DNA of 64,000 nt from Acinetobacter phage vB_AbaM_14/CRR8, in the sequence record PV611675.1. One strand, written 5' to 3'. Position 1 is the first letter of the stretch, and each line of letters opens with the position of its first letter. The position numbers and the translations under genes are program-made. Below are positions 46,788-55,442 of this stretch, piece by piece. The notes beneath the pieces are model-generated. The model was not told the DNA's origin. It did no database searches and was given only the letters and a program-made list of their open reading frames with translations.

Positions 46788-47260
46788 TGATTGAGGAACG
46801 CATCAAAGGTGATGTGTTCCCTTACCTTATGAAGAAGGATAACAATTTTGACGCATTTGTTCATGGTTGTAATTGCTTCTGTACTATGGGTAAGGGGATA
46901 GCTCCACTAGTCAAAAAGCATTTCTATGCTGCTTATGAGGCTGATTTACTCACAGAGAAAGGTGATCGGAGTAAGCTTGGTGATTATACATGGGCTTGGT
47001 TTAATGAGTATAAACTTGAAATTATCAATGCTTACACTCAATACGATTACAGAAAAGCTTATGGTGATACAGATATCAATGTCAGTTATCATGCTATTCG
47101 GGAAGTGTTTAGAAAGCTTAACAAGGACTATCGAGGGTGTCGATTCGCTATACCTAAGATCGGTGCTGGTTTGGCTGGAGGTGATTGGGAGTTGATTGAG
47201 AAGATCATCAATGAAGAGACACCACACTTACACATTACATTATTTTATTTAGAGGATTAA
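46787..47260 (+). CDS. macro domain protein (ADP-ribose binding/processing)
   Basis: 157 aa. DAFVHGCNCFCTMGKGIAPLV (the N-x6-GGG-like ADPR-binding loop region) and RFAIPKIGAGLAGGDWE (the second phosphate-binding loop). Its start overlaps the NAMPT-like stop (TAATG). Confidence 0.55.
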   Translation: MIEERIKGDVFPYLMKKDNNFDAFVHGCNCFCTMGKGIAPLVKKHFYAAYEADLLTEKGDRSKLGDYTWAWFNEYKLEIINAYTQYDYRKAYGDTDINVSYHAIREVFRKLNKDYRGCRFAIPKIGAGLAGGDWELIEKIINEETPHLHITLFYLED

Positions 47261-47262
47261 TT

Positions 47263-47523
47263 ATGAAATTTAATATTAAAGGCGTACAACCTCTTGTACA
47301 ATCAAATAAGTTCCCTGCTTTAGTGCAAAGTATTCCACAAGAAGGCGATAATCCAGAAGATGTATTTATTATTTGGGCTTTGGACAAGAGTCAAGGTGTC
47401 ATTGTAAAGAACACTGAAGAGCCTGATTCTGAAGGTGAACTTGAAGATGGTTATGACTTTACAGACTCTAAGGCTTGGGTCCGATTACCAGTTGGAACAG
47501 TGCTAGAAATTACTCAAGAATAA
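47263..47523 (+). CDS. hypothetical acidic protein
   Basis: 86 aa. Confidence 0.4.
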   Translation: MKFNIKGVQPLVQSNKFPALVQSIPQEGDNPEDVFIIWALDKSQGVIVKNTEEPDSEGELEDGYDFTDSKAWVRLPVGTVLEITQE

Positions 47524-47537
47524 AATATTTAAATTAA

Positions 47538-47565
47538 GGGTGAGCTTAGGCTTGCCCTTTTTTAT
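47538..47565 (+). terminator. intrinsic terminator GGGTGAGCttaggCTTGCCC + T7
   Basis: Read directly from the sequence. Confidence 0.6.
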
Positions 47566-47613
47566 TGCTTGTAGTATTATAAGATCATTAGTTAACCAAC
47601 GAGAGATCGTCTA

Positions 47614-48147
47614 ATGAAAGTTTATCGTATTGAGCATCCAGAAACAGGGCATGGAATTTTCCGTACAGATTGGGAAGATATTCGACATAATGGATTCTTG
47701 TCAAATTTACCTGACAACCTTATATGGTCTTATCATGATGCATTTAAACGAGTTAAAGCTTGTAACTGTAGTGTTAAACATGATACTCCAACAGGTGAGT
47801 CTACAGGCAAACAATATGCTATAGCTATGGCTATTCTGTACGGAGACACTGAGTCTATACAAGCTAAAAAACATTTAACAGAGCAAGAAAGATCAATAAT
47901 TAGAGAAGATTATTCAAGTGGTAAGAGGGCTTTATGTGCAGCTCCTAGTATTGAAGTTATGTCTGATTGGATTGAATTGGAAGCAATACAATTCTTACAA
48001 ATGACTGGCTTCAAATTGTATGAAATAGATTTAAAAGTACGTAAGTCAATCCATTATGTATCAGACACACAAGTAGTATTCTTTCCAAGAACTGTTAAAA
48101 GTAAGAAAGAAATTTGCTTATCTCGTTTAGCATCTAGAGGAGTTTAA
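47614..48147 (+). CDS. hypothetical protein
   Basis: 177 aa. Confidence 0.4.
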   Translation: MKVYRIEHPETGHGIFRTDWEDIRHNGFLSNLPDNLIWSYHDAFKRVKACNCSVKHDTPTGESTGKQYAIAMAILYGDTESIQAKKHLTEQERSIIREDYSSGKRALCAAPSIEVMSDWIELEAIQFLQMTGFKLYEIDLKVRKSIHYVSDTQVVFFPRTVKSKKEICLSRLASRGV

Positions 48148-48151
48148 TATT

Positions 48152-48853
48152 ATGAAATTAGTTAACGATTTAATCATGAATAAGATTGAAAAAGAGTTCG
48201 ATGTACGCAACATTGAATTACCTTACGATGTTACATCTGAGGTTTTTCACTGGACCCATGAATACCTAGGTAAAGGTATGACTCCAGAGCAAGTAGCAGA
48301 CAAATTATTTGAAGAGATTTTCTCTTATAAGAATTATGATGTTGGTAAATTTGTTTATCTGGATACAGAGAAACGTGAAACCACACATGGTTGGGTATTA
48401 TCTCCTGAAGGTGTGATGTATCATACTCGATATGAATATTGTCATGGCCTAGCTATTGCAGCCTTATGTCCTGTTGAAGCATTAAAACACAAATTTATTG
48501 CACCTCCAATGTTTAGCAAGTATGAATGTATTCATCGAAACAGTTACCAAGATTTTGGATTCATTGCTACAAGAGAGTATGGTTGGATTCGATTTGATCA
48601 ATCGTTTAACATCCTACGTATAGATTTCTATATGGAAAATGTTACTCAGGCCCAAATTGATACAATGAAAGATTGGTTTAAATATCATGATTTGCTTGAC
48701 AGAAAATGTGAAACATATTACACTCACTCAAACATTAGAAAGGTGTTAGATCAAATGCAACGTGAAGTATCAGAGCGTAAGCTTGGTAAGCCACCTGAAG
48801 AGATGATTTTAATCGAACCTGACGAAAATGGTTTTGGTTTAGGTTCACTATAG
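48152..48853 (+). CDS. hypothetical protein
   Basis: 233 aa. Confidence 0.4.
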   Translation: MKLVNDLIMNKIEKEFDVRNIELPYDVTSEVFHWTHEYLGKGMTPEQVADKLFEEIFSYKNYDVGKFVYLDTEKRETTHGWVLSPEGVMYHTRYEYCHGLAIAALCPVEALKHKFIAPPMFSKYECIHRNSYQDFGFIATREYGWIRFDQSFNILRIDFYMENVTQAQIDTMKDWFKYHDLLDRKCETYYTHSNIRKVLDQMQREVSERKLGKPPEEMILIEPDENGFGLGSL

Positions 48854-48864
48854 AGGATAAATAA

Positions 48865-49353
48865 ATGTACATATTTCCAAGTCAAGTATTCTTTTACCCG
48901 AACAATTTATTCTTAGATTCAATAAATGAACTTGATGGTCATATAATTGAGATGGGCTGTGGTGTGGGTCATACTCTGGCTAGAATGAAAGAGTATGGTG
49001 GGGCGGTAGATAACTGCAATATGTTTAACTCACGTGGGTTTGATATTGTAGCTAGAACTGAATGTGAGGCACCTACCCAAGTGGCTTATGGTTATATGTT
49101 TGACGCTTTAGAATTTAAGTTCTACACTAAGCTTATGAACGTATTGGTATGCCGTCCTGATCATGGAGGTTGGGTCGGAACTTTGTTGGACAAGTTCTTG
49201 AGTGGTGAGAAAACTTGTAAGCGATTCATCTATGTAGGATTAGAACGTAACTTGACTATAGATTTTGATCCTATACAATTAGATGCATTATCTCAAGTCA
49301 TAGAGAATGTTGGTGATGACGGGGAGAATATGTACATTTGGGAGATTTCCTGA
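48865..49353 (+). CDS. hypothetical protein with a SAM-methyltransferase-like glycine-rich motif
   Basis: IIEMGCGVGHTL resembles MTase motif I. At 162 aa it is short for a complete methyltransferase. Confidence 0.25.
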   Translation: MYIFPSQVFFYPNNLFLDSINELDGHIIEMGCGVGHTLARMKEYGGAVDNCNMFNSRGFDIVARTECEAPTQVAYGYMFDALEFKFYTKLMNVLVCRPDHGGWVGTLLDKFLSGEKTCKRFIYVGLERNLTIDFDPIQLDALSQVIENVGDDGENMYIWEIS

Positions 49354-49559
49354 TGGATACTATGATTGAATATTTCTTTCACGGTTTACTGGTGGCTGTA
49401 GTATTATACTACGCCATCAAGATGACATTGTTCATGATCCAAGCTCAAATAGATTCTTATAAATTTCAGAAGAATCTGAAGGAGACTGAGCGAAAACAGG
49501 CAGAGTATGAAAACTCTATTGAATGTAAACTAATAAACAAGTATCTCTCGGAGAAATAA
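49338..49559 (+). CDS. small membrane protein
   Basis: 73 aa. TM segment FFHGLLVAVVLYYAIKMTLFMI. Confidence 0.3.
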   Translation: MGDFLMDTMIEYFFHGLLVAVVLYYAIKMTLFMIQAQIDSYKFQKNLKETERKQAEYENSIECKLINKYLSEK

Positions 49560-49560
49560 C

Positions 49561-50238
49561 ATGGATTTTACAGGTGGACAAATAGCATTTATAGTACTGT
49601 TTTCTTTTTCAATATTCTTACTTCTTGTTTGGCATGACAAGTATCGGAGGAAGAAGTTATCTGAAATTGAGCAGACAACATGGGAGCCTTGGATGGAGTA
49701 CGATAATGGTACTCCAGATGGTGATGACAGTGAAGATGTATACTATTCACTCCGTGAGAAATTTGTTGAAAACTATCAGTGGGCAAGTAAAATATTTGGT
49801 GTGCATTGGTGTCTTATTGGAAATGATGCTGTAGATACCATATTACATGACCGTGAGAAATTTAACTACAAGGCTTGTTACTATATCTTCAGATGGCCTC
49901 AACACCTCCCAACGTGTTTTAGGATTTCAGAATTTACACACAAAGTTACGGATGATGCTAAATCTACGTATGCTTGTAGAGGTGCTGAACTCTTCATGAA
50001 GGAGTTTAATGAAAAGGTTGATAGGTTAAGAACTTATGCTGAAGATAACAGGTTGTCAATCAAATATGGTTTAGATGACGAGTTCCCAGTAGAAGCTATT
50101 GTAAATTGTATTAGAGAGTGTACTATTAACAGTAAGCATACATACGATACCTGTTTTAAAGTTCATTCGGAATTATTACCAAAACTTTTGAGGAAAGAGA
50201 AGTGGAAGAAAATAGTGAACGGTTCGGAATGGGATTGA
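49561..50238 (+). CDS. membrane-anchored hypothetical protein
   Basis: 225 aa with an N-terminal TM segment, IAFIVLFSFSIFLLLVW. Confidence 0.4.
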   Translation: MDFTGGQIAFIVLFSFSIFLLLVWHDKYRRKKLSEIEQTTWEPWMEYDNGTPDGDDSEDVYYSLREKFVENYQWASKIFGVHWCLIGNDAVDTILHDREKFNYKACYYIFRWPQHLPTCFRISEFTHKVTDDAKSTYACRGAELFMKEFNEKVDRLRTYAEDNRLSIKYGLDDEFPVEAIVNCIRECTINSKHTYDTCFKVHSELLPKLLRKEKWKKIVNGSEWD

Positions 50239-51263
50239 GTTTAAGTAAAGGTCCCTTATCTTCGGAAGAGAATTACTCGGAGCGTATTAGGAGAAGTCGT
50301 GAAAGGTTGAGAGATTCTGTGGCTGCATCTGATGAGTATCTGATGTGGCGTGGTGATGGTAGAGGAGCACAAGCCATTAACGCATTTGCAACTAAGGTGT
50401 TTAGTCAAGAACTAAATATTAAGGAAACTGCTGATGCGATAACTAAACTACAAAGGGATATGACAGAGAGACCTGCACCTATACCACACCGAAACAGATA
50501 TAAAGCTATACTTGCAGATAAACCATATGTGATGTATTTGCAAGGTTGTAAGTATGTAGTTCATCCAAATTTCATGCCTTACAATGATTTAAGTTGCATT
50601 GATGATTTAAGCCTTGCTGCTGTACTTAGGGTATATGACAAGTATACAAACATCAAGCTTCAAGACTATGAAAGCATTGTCCCAGTAAAATTGGAAGTCT
50701 TAGATAAAACTATACTTGTTTGGGATAAGAGAGCTGATGTAGATAAGCTTGATATTTTCAAGCAAGTGATGGAGTTTAGTGATGACGACTTCGATACTTA
50801 TGCAAAAAGGAAAGGTTGGAGGACACATCGTGATGATCGTGGTAAGATTATAGCCTTATCTAAACCTGATCCAGTTCGTGTTGGATTTCCTAGAAGATCG
50901 GGAATGTTTATGCATGGAATGATGGAGGACTGGGAAGATGATGTTGAGGAAGATATTGATGAGTGCTGGGAGTTTGAAAATGAGGAATCGAAGGAGTATT
51001 CAGATTCGTACTCTGAAAGCAATGATGAACATCTTCTCCAAAAAATATATGAAAGGAAACTCGAAACTAGGTCAAAGAGAATACCTCCATATTTGAAGGA
51101 TGAGAGTATCGATATGTCTATGGCCGAAGCAATGAAGGCTAAACGTGATGGTAGGTTTGATGTTCGGACATTGTGTAATGGTACAACTATAAAGGTTGGT
51201 GAGCCAAAACTTTCAATGTCTGAAGAGATTGAACAGAGATTAATTGAAAAATATTTAACATAG
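50202..51263 (+). CDS. hypothetical acidic protein
   Basis: 353 aa. An alternative start is at 50229. Confidence 0.4.
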   Translation: MEENSERFGMGLSLSKGPLSSEENYSERIRRSRERLRDSVAASDEYLMWRGDGRGAQAINAFATKVFSQELNIKETADAITKLQRDMTERPAPIPHRNRYKAILADKPYVMYLQGCKYVVHPNFMPYNDLSCIDDLSLAAVLRVYDKYTNIKLQDYESIVPVKLEVLDKTILVWDKRADVDKLDIFKQVMEFSDDDFDTYAKRKGWRTHRDDRGKIIALSKPDPVRVGFPRRSGMFMHGMMEDWEDDVEEDIDECWEFENEESKEYSDSYSESNDEHLLQKIYERKLETRSKRIPPYLKDESIDMSMAEAMKAKRDGRFDVRTLCNGTTIKVGEPKLSMSEEIEQRLIEKYLT

Positions 51264-51266
51264 TTG

Positions 51267-51295
51267 TTGACAGTATTTTAAATTGTTTATATACT
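51267..51295 (+). promoter_or_regulatory. sigma70-like promoter agTTGTTGACA-N17-TATACT
   Basis: Read directly from the sequence. Confidence 0.45.
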
Positions 51296-51323
51296 GACTG
51301 CATAACTTAAGAGGAGATACAAA

Positions 51324-52022
51324 ATGTCAAACTGGTTCTTAAAATTATTCACTATCGGTGTTAACAAGGTTAATGAAGCTGGTGAAAAAGCTGTAGAGAA
51401 TTACATTGATATTCAGCGTGAAGGTAAAGCTGTGGTGGCAAATAAACGCAAAGCAATTGAACAGCGTAATGCTAAGGTTGTGAAGTCTCAGACATTCATC
51501 AAGCTTAAACAACAAGAGATTGAAGGTAAGAAGGCATCTCTTGATAAGATGAATCTTATTGCAGAGAAAGCTTTAGCTGCTGGTGAAGAGGCTGATGCAC
51601 GTCAAGCTTTGGTACAGGCAGAACGATTGGAAGATGATATTACTGTTCTACAGGGTATTGTCGATGAGTTGCAACCTATTGTAGATGATTCAATCCAACA
51701 GATTGAAGAATACAAAATTGAAATTTCTCGAATTGAAAGTGAGATTGAGCGACTTGACCATATTTACGAAAGTATTAAATATCGTGAAGAGTTAGAGGGT
51801 GGCAACTTTGGTGCTGGTGGTGCATTCGATATGGATTCATTACGTAATCTTGTTAATAAAGCTAAAGCAACTTCTGAAGCTAAGGCTGAGATTAAAGAGA
51901 AGACTGGTGGAAACTTGGAGAAGAAATACAACAACATTAAGTCTGAATCTAAAGTTGATTCTCGCTTAGAAGAGCTTAAACAAAAATTAGCTGCTGATAA
52001 ACCAGCTAAGAAAAAAGCTTAA
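51324..52022 (+). CDS. PspA/IM30 (phage-shock protein A / Vipp1) family coiled-coil protein
   Basis: IAEKALAAGEEADARQALVQAERLEDDITVLQGIVDEL parallels the PspA core (AELALxKGxEDLAREALxxK...). It is predicted to be coiled-coil throughout. Confidence 0.55.
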   Translation: MSNWFLKLFTIGVNKVNEAGEKAVENYIDIQREGKAVVANKRKAIEQRNAKVVKSQTFIKLKQQEIEGKKASLDKMNLIAEKALAAGEEADARQALVQAERLEDDITVLQGIVDELQPIVDDSIQQIEEYKIEISRIESEIERLDHIYESIKYREELEGGNFGAGGAFDMDSLRNLVNKAKATSEAKAEIKEKTGGNLEKKYNNIKSESKVDSRLEELKQKLAADKPAKKKA

Positions 52023-52030
52023 TAATATGG

Positions 52031-52062
52031 AAGGGTGGCATCGAAAGGTGTTGCCCTTTTTG
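52031..52062 (+). terminator. intrinsic terminator GGGTGGCatcgaaaggtGTTGCCC + T5
   Basis: Third member of the ATCGAAAGG-loop terminator family. Confidence 0.6.
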
Positions 52063-52109
52063 TTTGTCTGTAGTAAACTTAATTCATCAAATAACAGAGG
52101 TATGTTGAT

Positions 52110-52574
52110 GTGAGTAAGTGTCAAGAAATTGTAAATCATTTTGGTGGTACGGTTGAGGCTTTTAAGGCTTTAATGCAAATGCATCGTATAGGGTTCTCTC
52201 GTAACTACGATTACGTGGATGGAGAGTTGGTTATATGTGATATCCATTCCCATGAGGGATACTTCCCCAGTGAGCTTGAATTAGCGCTAGAGGAATGTTT
52301 GACTAAACAAGTACTATCACACAGAAAACCTCACCACGTTGAATATACGAGCGCTAGTGAGCCTCCAGAGGTATTCCATAAGCAGCTTAGGGTTAATGGA
52401 TTTAATACTTCAATGAAGACTGATAAACTGATACTTAAGTATGAGTATAAAGGTGAAATAGCTTATGCTACAGGACATATGCTTCGTTATATGTATGACA
52501 GACCAGATGAATTTAGACTTGACGGGCATGGTGGAGACTGGCATAATACTGTAGTTGGTTGGGCTTATTGTTGA
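52110..52574 (+). CDS. hypothetical protein
   Basis: 154 aa, GTG start. Confidence 0.35.
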   Translation: MSKCQEIVNHFGGTVEAFKALMQMHRIGFSRNYDYVDGELVICDIHSHEGYFPSELELALEECLTKQVLSHRKPHHVEYTSASEPPEVFHKQLRVNGFNTSMKTDKLILKYEYKGEIAYATGHMLRYMYDRPDEFRLDGHGGDWHNTVVGWAYC

Positions 52575-52609
52575 GGTGATGTATGGGATCATTCTGGGGT
52601 GATAGGTTG

Positions 52610-52759
52610 ATGGCTTTAACGTTTATCATCCTAGTATCTTTTATCATGGCTAAGTGTACAGCTCATGAAGTGGACCAGAAACGTAAAGAGGTTTGTGTCA
52701 TGGGTAAGAAAACGTTTATATATAAGGGTAATGAGTACCGTTGTGGAGGATTTAAATGA
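52610..52759 (+). CDS. small hydrophobic/secreted-type peptide (49 aa)
   Basis: MALTFIILVSFIMAKCTAHE... Its stop overlaps the next start (ATGA). Confidence 0.25.
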   Translation: MALTFIILVSFIMAKCTAHEVDQKRKEVCVMGKKTFIYKGNEYRCGGFK

Positions 52760-52992
52760 AATTATTTTTAGTGGTAAATGAGAGAGCTGGTGAATGTATT
52801 GGCTTTGATAACTTAGCTGATGCACAACATGCAGCAACAGGTAAAAACTTTAACCTTGAACAACGACAGGGTTGGCACAGTGTTTTAGGTTCTGAATACC
52901 GTGAAAGTATTATTGAGGATGAAGATGAGCAATTCCGTATTGCTGAAGTTGAAATTGATTTGGCTACATTAAAGAATGCAGAGGATTTCTAG
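52756..52992 (+). CDS. hypothetical protein
   Basis: 78 aa. Confidence 0.35.
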   Translation: MKLFLVVNERAGECIGFDNLADAQHAATGKNFNLEQRQGWHSVLGSEYRESIIEDEDEQFRIAEVEIDLATLKNAEDF

Positions 52993-53370
52993 ATGGAAAG
53001 AATACCTAGAGACTGGAAAGAAGCATCGGAACACTTTAGAGCTATAAGTTCTTTTAAACGTGGCACAAATCGAAGCACTAGAATGCTTTGTCAGGCTCTA
53101 TTGCATGTGTCAAACAAGTTCTCTGGCAATCGTTCTGTAGTGGTTGCTTTACATGAGGATCACAAGAATCAATTAGAGGGTAGGGCTAGGGAATTATTCT
53201 CTAAAGAGATGCTTAAGAGTATTGGATTCATGACTTACCAGAAGTACAAGGACTCTAATCGAGAAGGTGAAGTTATAGGGTTAAAATATTTTATCGATCC
53301 TGCTTGTCTTGAAGATGAAATTGCTGTACTATTGAAAAAGTGGGAACAGTATGATGACCCAAGAGATTAA
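52993..53370 (+). CDS. hypothetical protein
   Basis: 125 aa. Confidence 0.4.
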   Translation: MERIPRDWKEASEHFRAISSFKRGTNRSTRMLCQALLHVSNKFSGNRSVVVALHEDHKNQLEGRARELFSKEMLKSIGFMTYQKYKDSNREGEVIGLKYFIDPACLEDEIAVLLKKWEQYDDPRD

Positions 53371-53385
53371 TTAACGGAGACTATT

Positions 53386-53883
53386 ATGTCACACTTTGGT
53401 ATAGACCCAAGAGCAGCTAAAGATTTTTGGAGTACTGATCCTCTGAAAGTAAATCAAGAGATGCTTGAGAGTAAGACAATGGCACTTTGTGAAAAGTTTT
53501 TGCATGACATGTTGCTACATGATGCATACTTTTATGGACTATTTAATGCTGGTCCAGATAGTGAAGAGTACCTGAATGCTTTTGCAGATATAAAAGGGAT
53601 TGCACGTAAGTATCCTGTACTCTTCGTAGAGCCAAAGAAGATGACAGATGTTGGAACTATAGGGTTTCCATTAGAACCTAGCTTAAACGAGCTTACACAG
53701 TCAATTAGAGGTGGTATTGCTAAGGATGAGATGTGTGTGGTAGTTGGTAGACCTACAAGTGCATCTGCTATACGTCCTGAAGTGTTGGAGTTTTATAAGA
53801 GTCGTCGTAATAATCCTGTATTGCATGTAGCCCTTGAAGATACTAAACCTTATCTAGTTGAAAGGTACTTAGGAACTTCATAA
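53386..53883 (+). CDS. hypothetical protein
   Basis: 165 aa. Confidence 0.4.
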   Translation: MSHFGIDPRAAKDFWSTDPLKVNQEMLESKTMALCEKFLHDMLLHDAYFYGLFNAGPDSEEYLNAFADIKGIARKYPVLFVEPKKMTDVGTIGFPLEPSLNELTQSIRGGIAKDEMCVVVGRPTSASAIRPEVLEFYKSRRNNPVLHVALEDTKPYLVERYLGTS

Positions 53884-53904
53884 AATAATCTTGGAGATTT
53901 TGAA

Positions 53905-54072
53905 ATGAGTTATGACATTCATCGTAAAGCTGCTGCTATTATGTTTGGCATACCAGAGAGTATGGTGACAGACAAGCAACGTAAGGTTGGTAAGGCATAC
54001 AATACAGCTAGACAGTACAAGGCCAGTCATTCCACTGCCATGCATCTAGCATTAAAGGAGAAGGGAGCTTAG
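53905..54072 (+). CDS. 55 aa ORF resembling the O-helix/motif B segment of family A DNA polymerases (possible gene fragment or mimic)
   Basis: DIHRKAAAIMFGIPESMVTDKQRKVGKAYNTARQYK can be aligned to the Pol I pattern DIHxxTAxxxFGVxxxxVTxxxRRxAKxxNFGxxYG. Here the NFGxxYG core has degenerated. RBS ggagattttgaa. Followed by a terminator. Confidence 0.3.
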   Translation: MSYDIHRKAAAIMFGIPESMVTDKQRKVGKAYNTARQYKASHSTAMHLALKEKGA

Positions 54073-54090
54073 GCTCTCTTTTTTATTGTC
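54068..54090 (+). terminator. intrinsic terminator AGGGAGCttaggCTCTCT + T6 (one G-U pair)
   Basis: Read directly from the sequence. Confidence 0.5.
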
Positions 54091-54124
54091 TAGATATTCC
54101 CAGATATATTCAGATATTCCAGCA

Positions 54125-54165
54125 AAATCAGAAAAAATTTGAAAAGTTTTTGAAAGTTTTTGAAA
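54125..54165. repeat. A-tract repeats (TTTTGAAAG x2, GAAAAAATTTGAAAAG) upstream of a promoter (UP-element-like)
   Basis: gaaaaaatttgaaaagtttttgaaagtttttgaaatttcc. Confidence 0.4.
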
Positions 54166-54170
54166 TTTCC

Positions 54171-54200
54171 TTGACATGTGTTGTGAGTTGAACTAAAATG
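54171..54200 (+). promoter_or_regulatory. sigma70-like promoter TTGACA-N18-TAAAAT
   Basis: Read directly from the sequence. It drives a non-coding transcript. Confidence 0.5.
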
Positions 54201-54206
54201 TAATCT

Positions 54207-54425
54207 CTTTATTAAAGGTTACTCCATATTGATTTGAAGATTAACAGGTTTTGCCGAACCTATTGAATAGGAGGATGTTGTATGTGAGCTTATGTGGTAG
54301 ATAGGTGTGACACTACGGAAGTTTGATAGACGAAGTGCTATACGATCCCAGCATCTTGATGGAGGTTCATGAAAGTGTCTAGTGAACTGTGAGAAATTGC
54401 CCATGCTTTGTCGTGGGCTTTTTTG
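54207..54425 (+). ncRNA. candidate ~220 nt non-coding RNA (promoter to intrinsic terminator, no plausible ORF)
   Basis: Bounded by the promoter at 54171..54200 and the terminator GCCCATGctttgtCGTGGGC + T6 at 54399..54425. The interior is more GC-rich than its flanks. The only RBS-like site, aggagg, is followed by a 9-codon ORF. Confidence 0.4.
54399..54425 (+). terminator. intrinsic terminator GCCCATG-ctttgt-CGTGGGC + TTTTTT
   Basis: Read directly from the sequence. Confidence 0.6.
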
Positions 54426-54840
54426 TGCCTGTCTGTCTGGCCTGAAAAAATTTTTAGAGGGCATGATGACTTTTGAAAATTTGAGTGGGATTACAGGAAT
54501 ATCCATTTTTACAACTTGGGTTAAATCTGATCACTTTGGAATTTTAAGAAACTGAAAAGTTAGAGATTGTCAATAGGTATTAACAAAAAATATTGATTTA
54601 TTTTTATTGACTTTGATTTTTATTTACTGTATTCGCATGCGCCCGCTCTTTATAAACGTGGCGTTATTTCGTTGTGGTTGTAGTATGAAAGGTATGTAAG
54701 AACATTCCAAATGATTATTTAGAACTATAAATTTATCTATTTCATACACTTATAAAATTTATATAAAATTTTCTTGCATTTATTTTTAGATTGTTTACTA
54801 TGTGCTTATCGAAACGAAACAAGCCTAGAAAGGTGATGAG

Positions 54841-55440
54841 ATGGAACAAATTACATTAGATTTATTTAGCTTTGAAGAACTCTCTAATGAAGCTCAACAA
54901 GTGGCAATTGAAGCAGTCCGTAACAGTGAATATTATTTATCTCATGATTGGTATGATTCTACAAAAGAAGATTTTCACCAAATCTTAAACATTATCGGCT
55001 TTTATGATGTTAAGAGTCAATTTTCTGGTTTTAATTCTCAAGGTGATGGGGCGAGTTTTTCAGCTAACTACCGTTATCAAACAGAATGTTTAACTAATGT
55101 TAAAATCCATGCACCAAATGATAATGAGTTGCATGATATTGTAAGCGGTATCGTTAAGATCATGAGACGTTATTTCTATCGTCTTGAGTGTGAAATTTAC
55201 ACACAAGGTTATTACTGCCATTCTAACACGATGAATTTTAATTGGTCGTATAATGATAGATATGATTGCAATATTAGTGATGAAGACGAAAGTATCTTGA
55301 ATCAATTGTTCCGAGACTTGGCAGATTGGTATTATGAAAAGCTTAATAAAGAATATGATTACCTTATGAGTGATGAAGGTATCACGGGGCATATTATAGC
55401 AAATGAGTGCAAATATACAGTTGATGGGAAGGAGTTTTGA
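54841..55440 (+). CDS. hypothetical protein (first gene of the AT-rich early-like block)
   Basis: 199 aa. RBS aaaggtgatgag-ATG. Putative promoter CTTGCA-N17-TACTAT lies upstream. Confidence 0.4.
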   Translation: MEQITLDLFSFEELSNEAQQVAIEAVRNSEYYLSHDWYDSTKEDFHQILNIIGFYDVKSQFSGFNSQGDGASFSANYRYQTECLTNVKIHAPNDNELHDIVSGIVKIMRRYFYRLECEIYTQGYYCHSNTMNFNWSYNDRYDCNISDEDESILNQLFRDLADWYYEKLNKEYDYLMSDEGITGHIIANECKYTVDGKEF

Positions 55441-55442
55441 TT

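Noticed and set aside
54219-54506. 95-codon minus-strand ORF in the 54 kb non-coding region
   Set aside because: It overlaps the intrinsic terminator and the promoter of the + strand unit. It has no RBS or promoter on the minus strand and a low-complexity S/P/R-rich translation. It is most likely a chance ORF inside a GC-richer ncRNA region.
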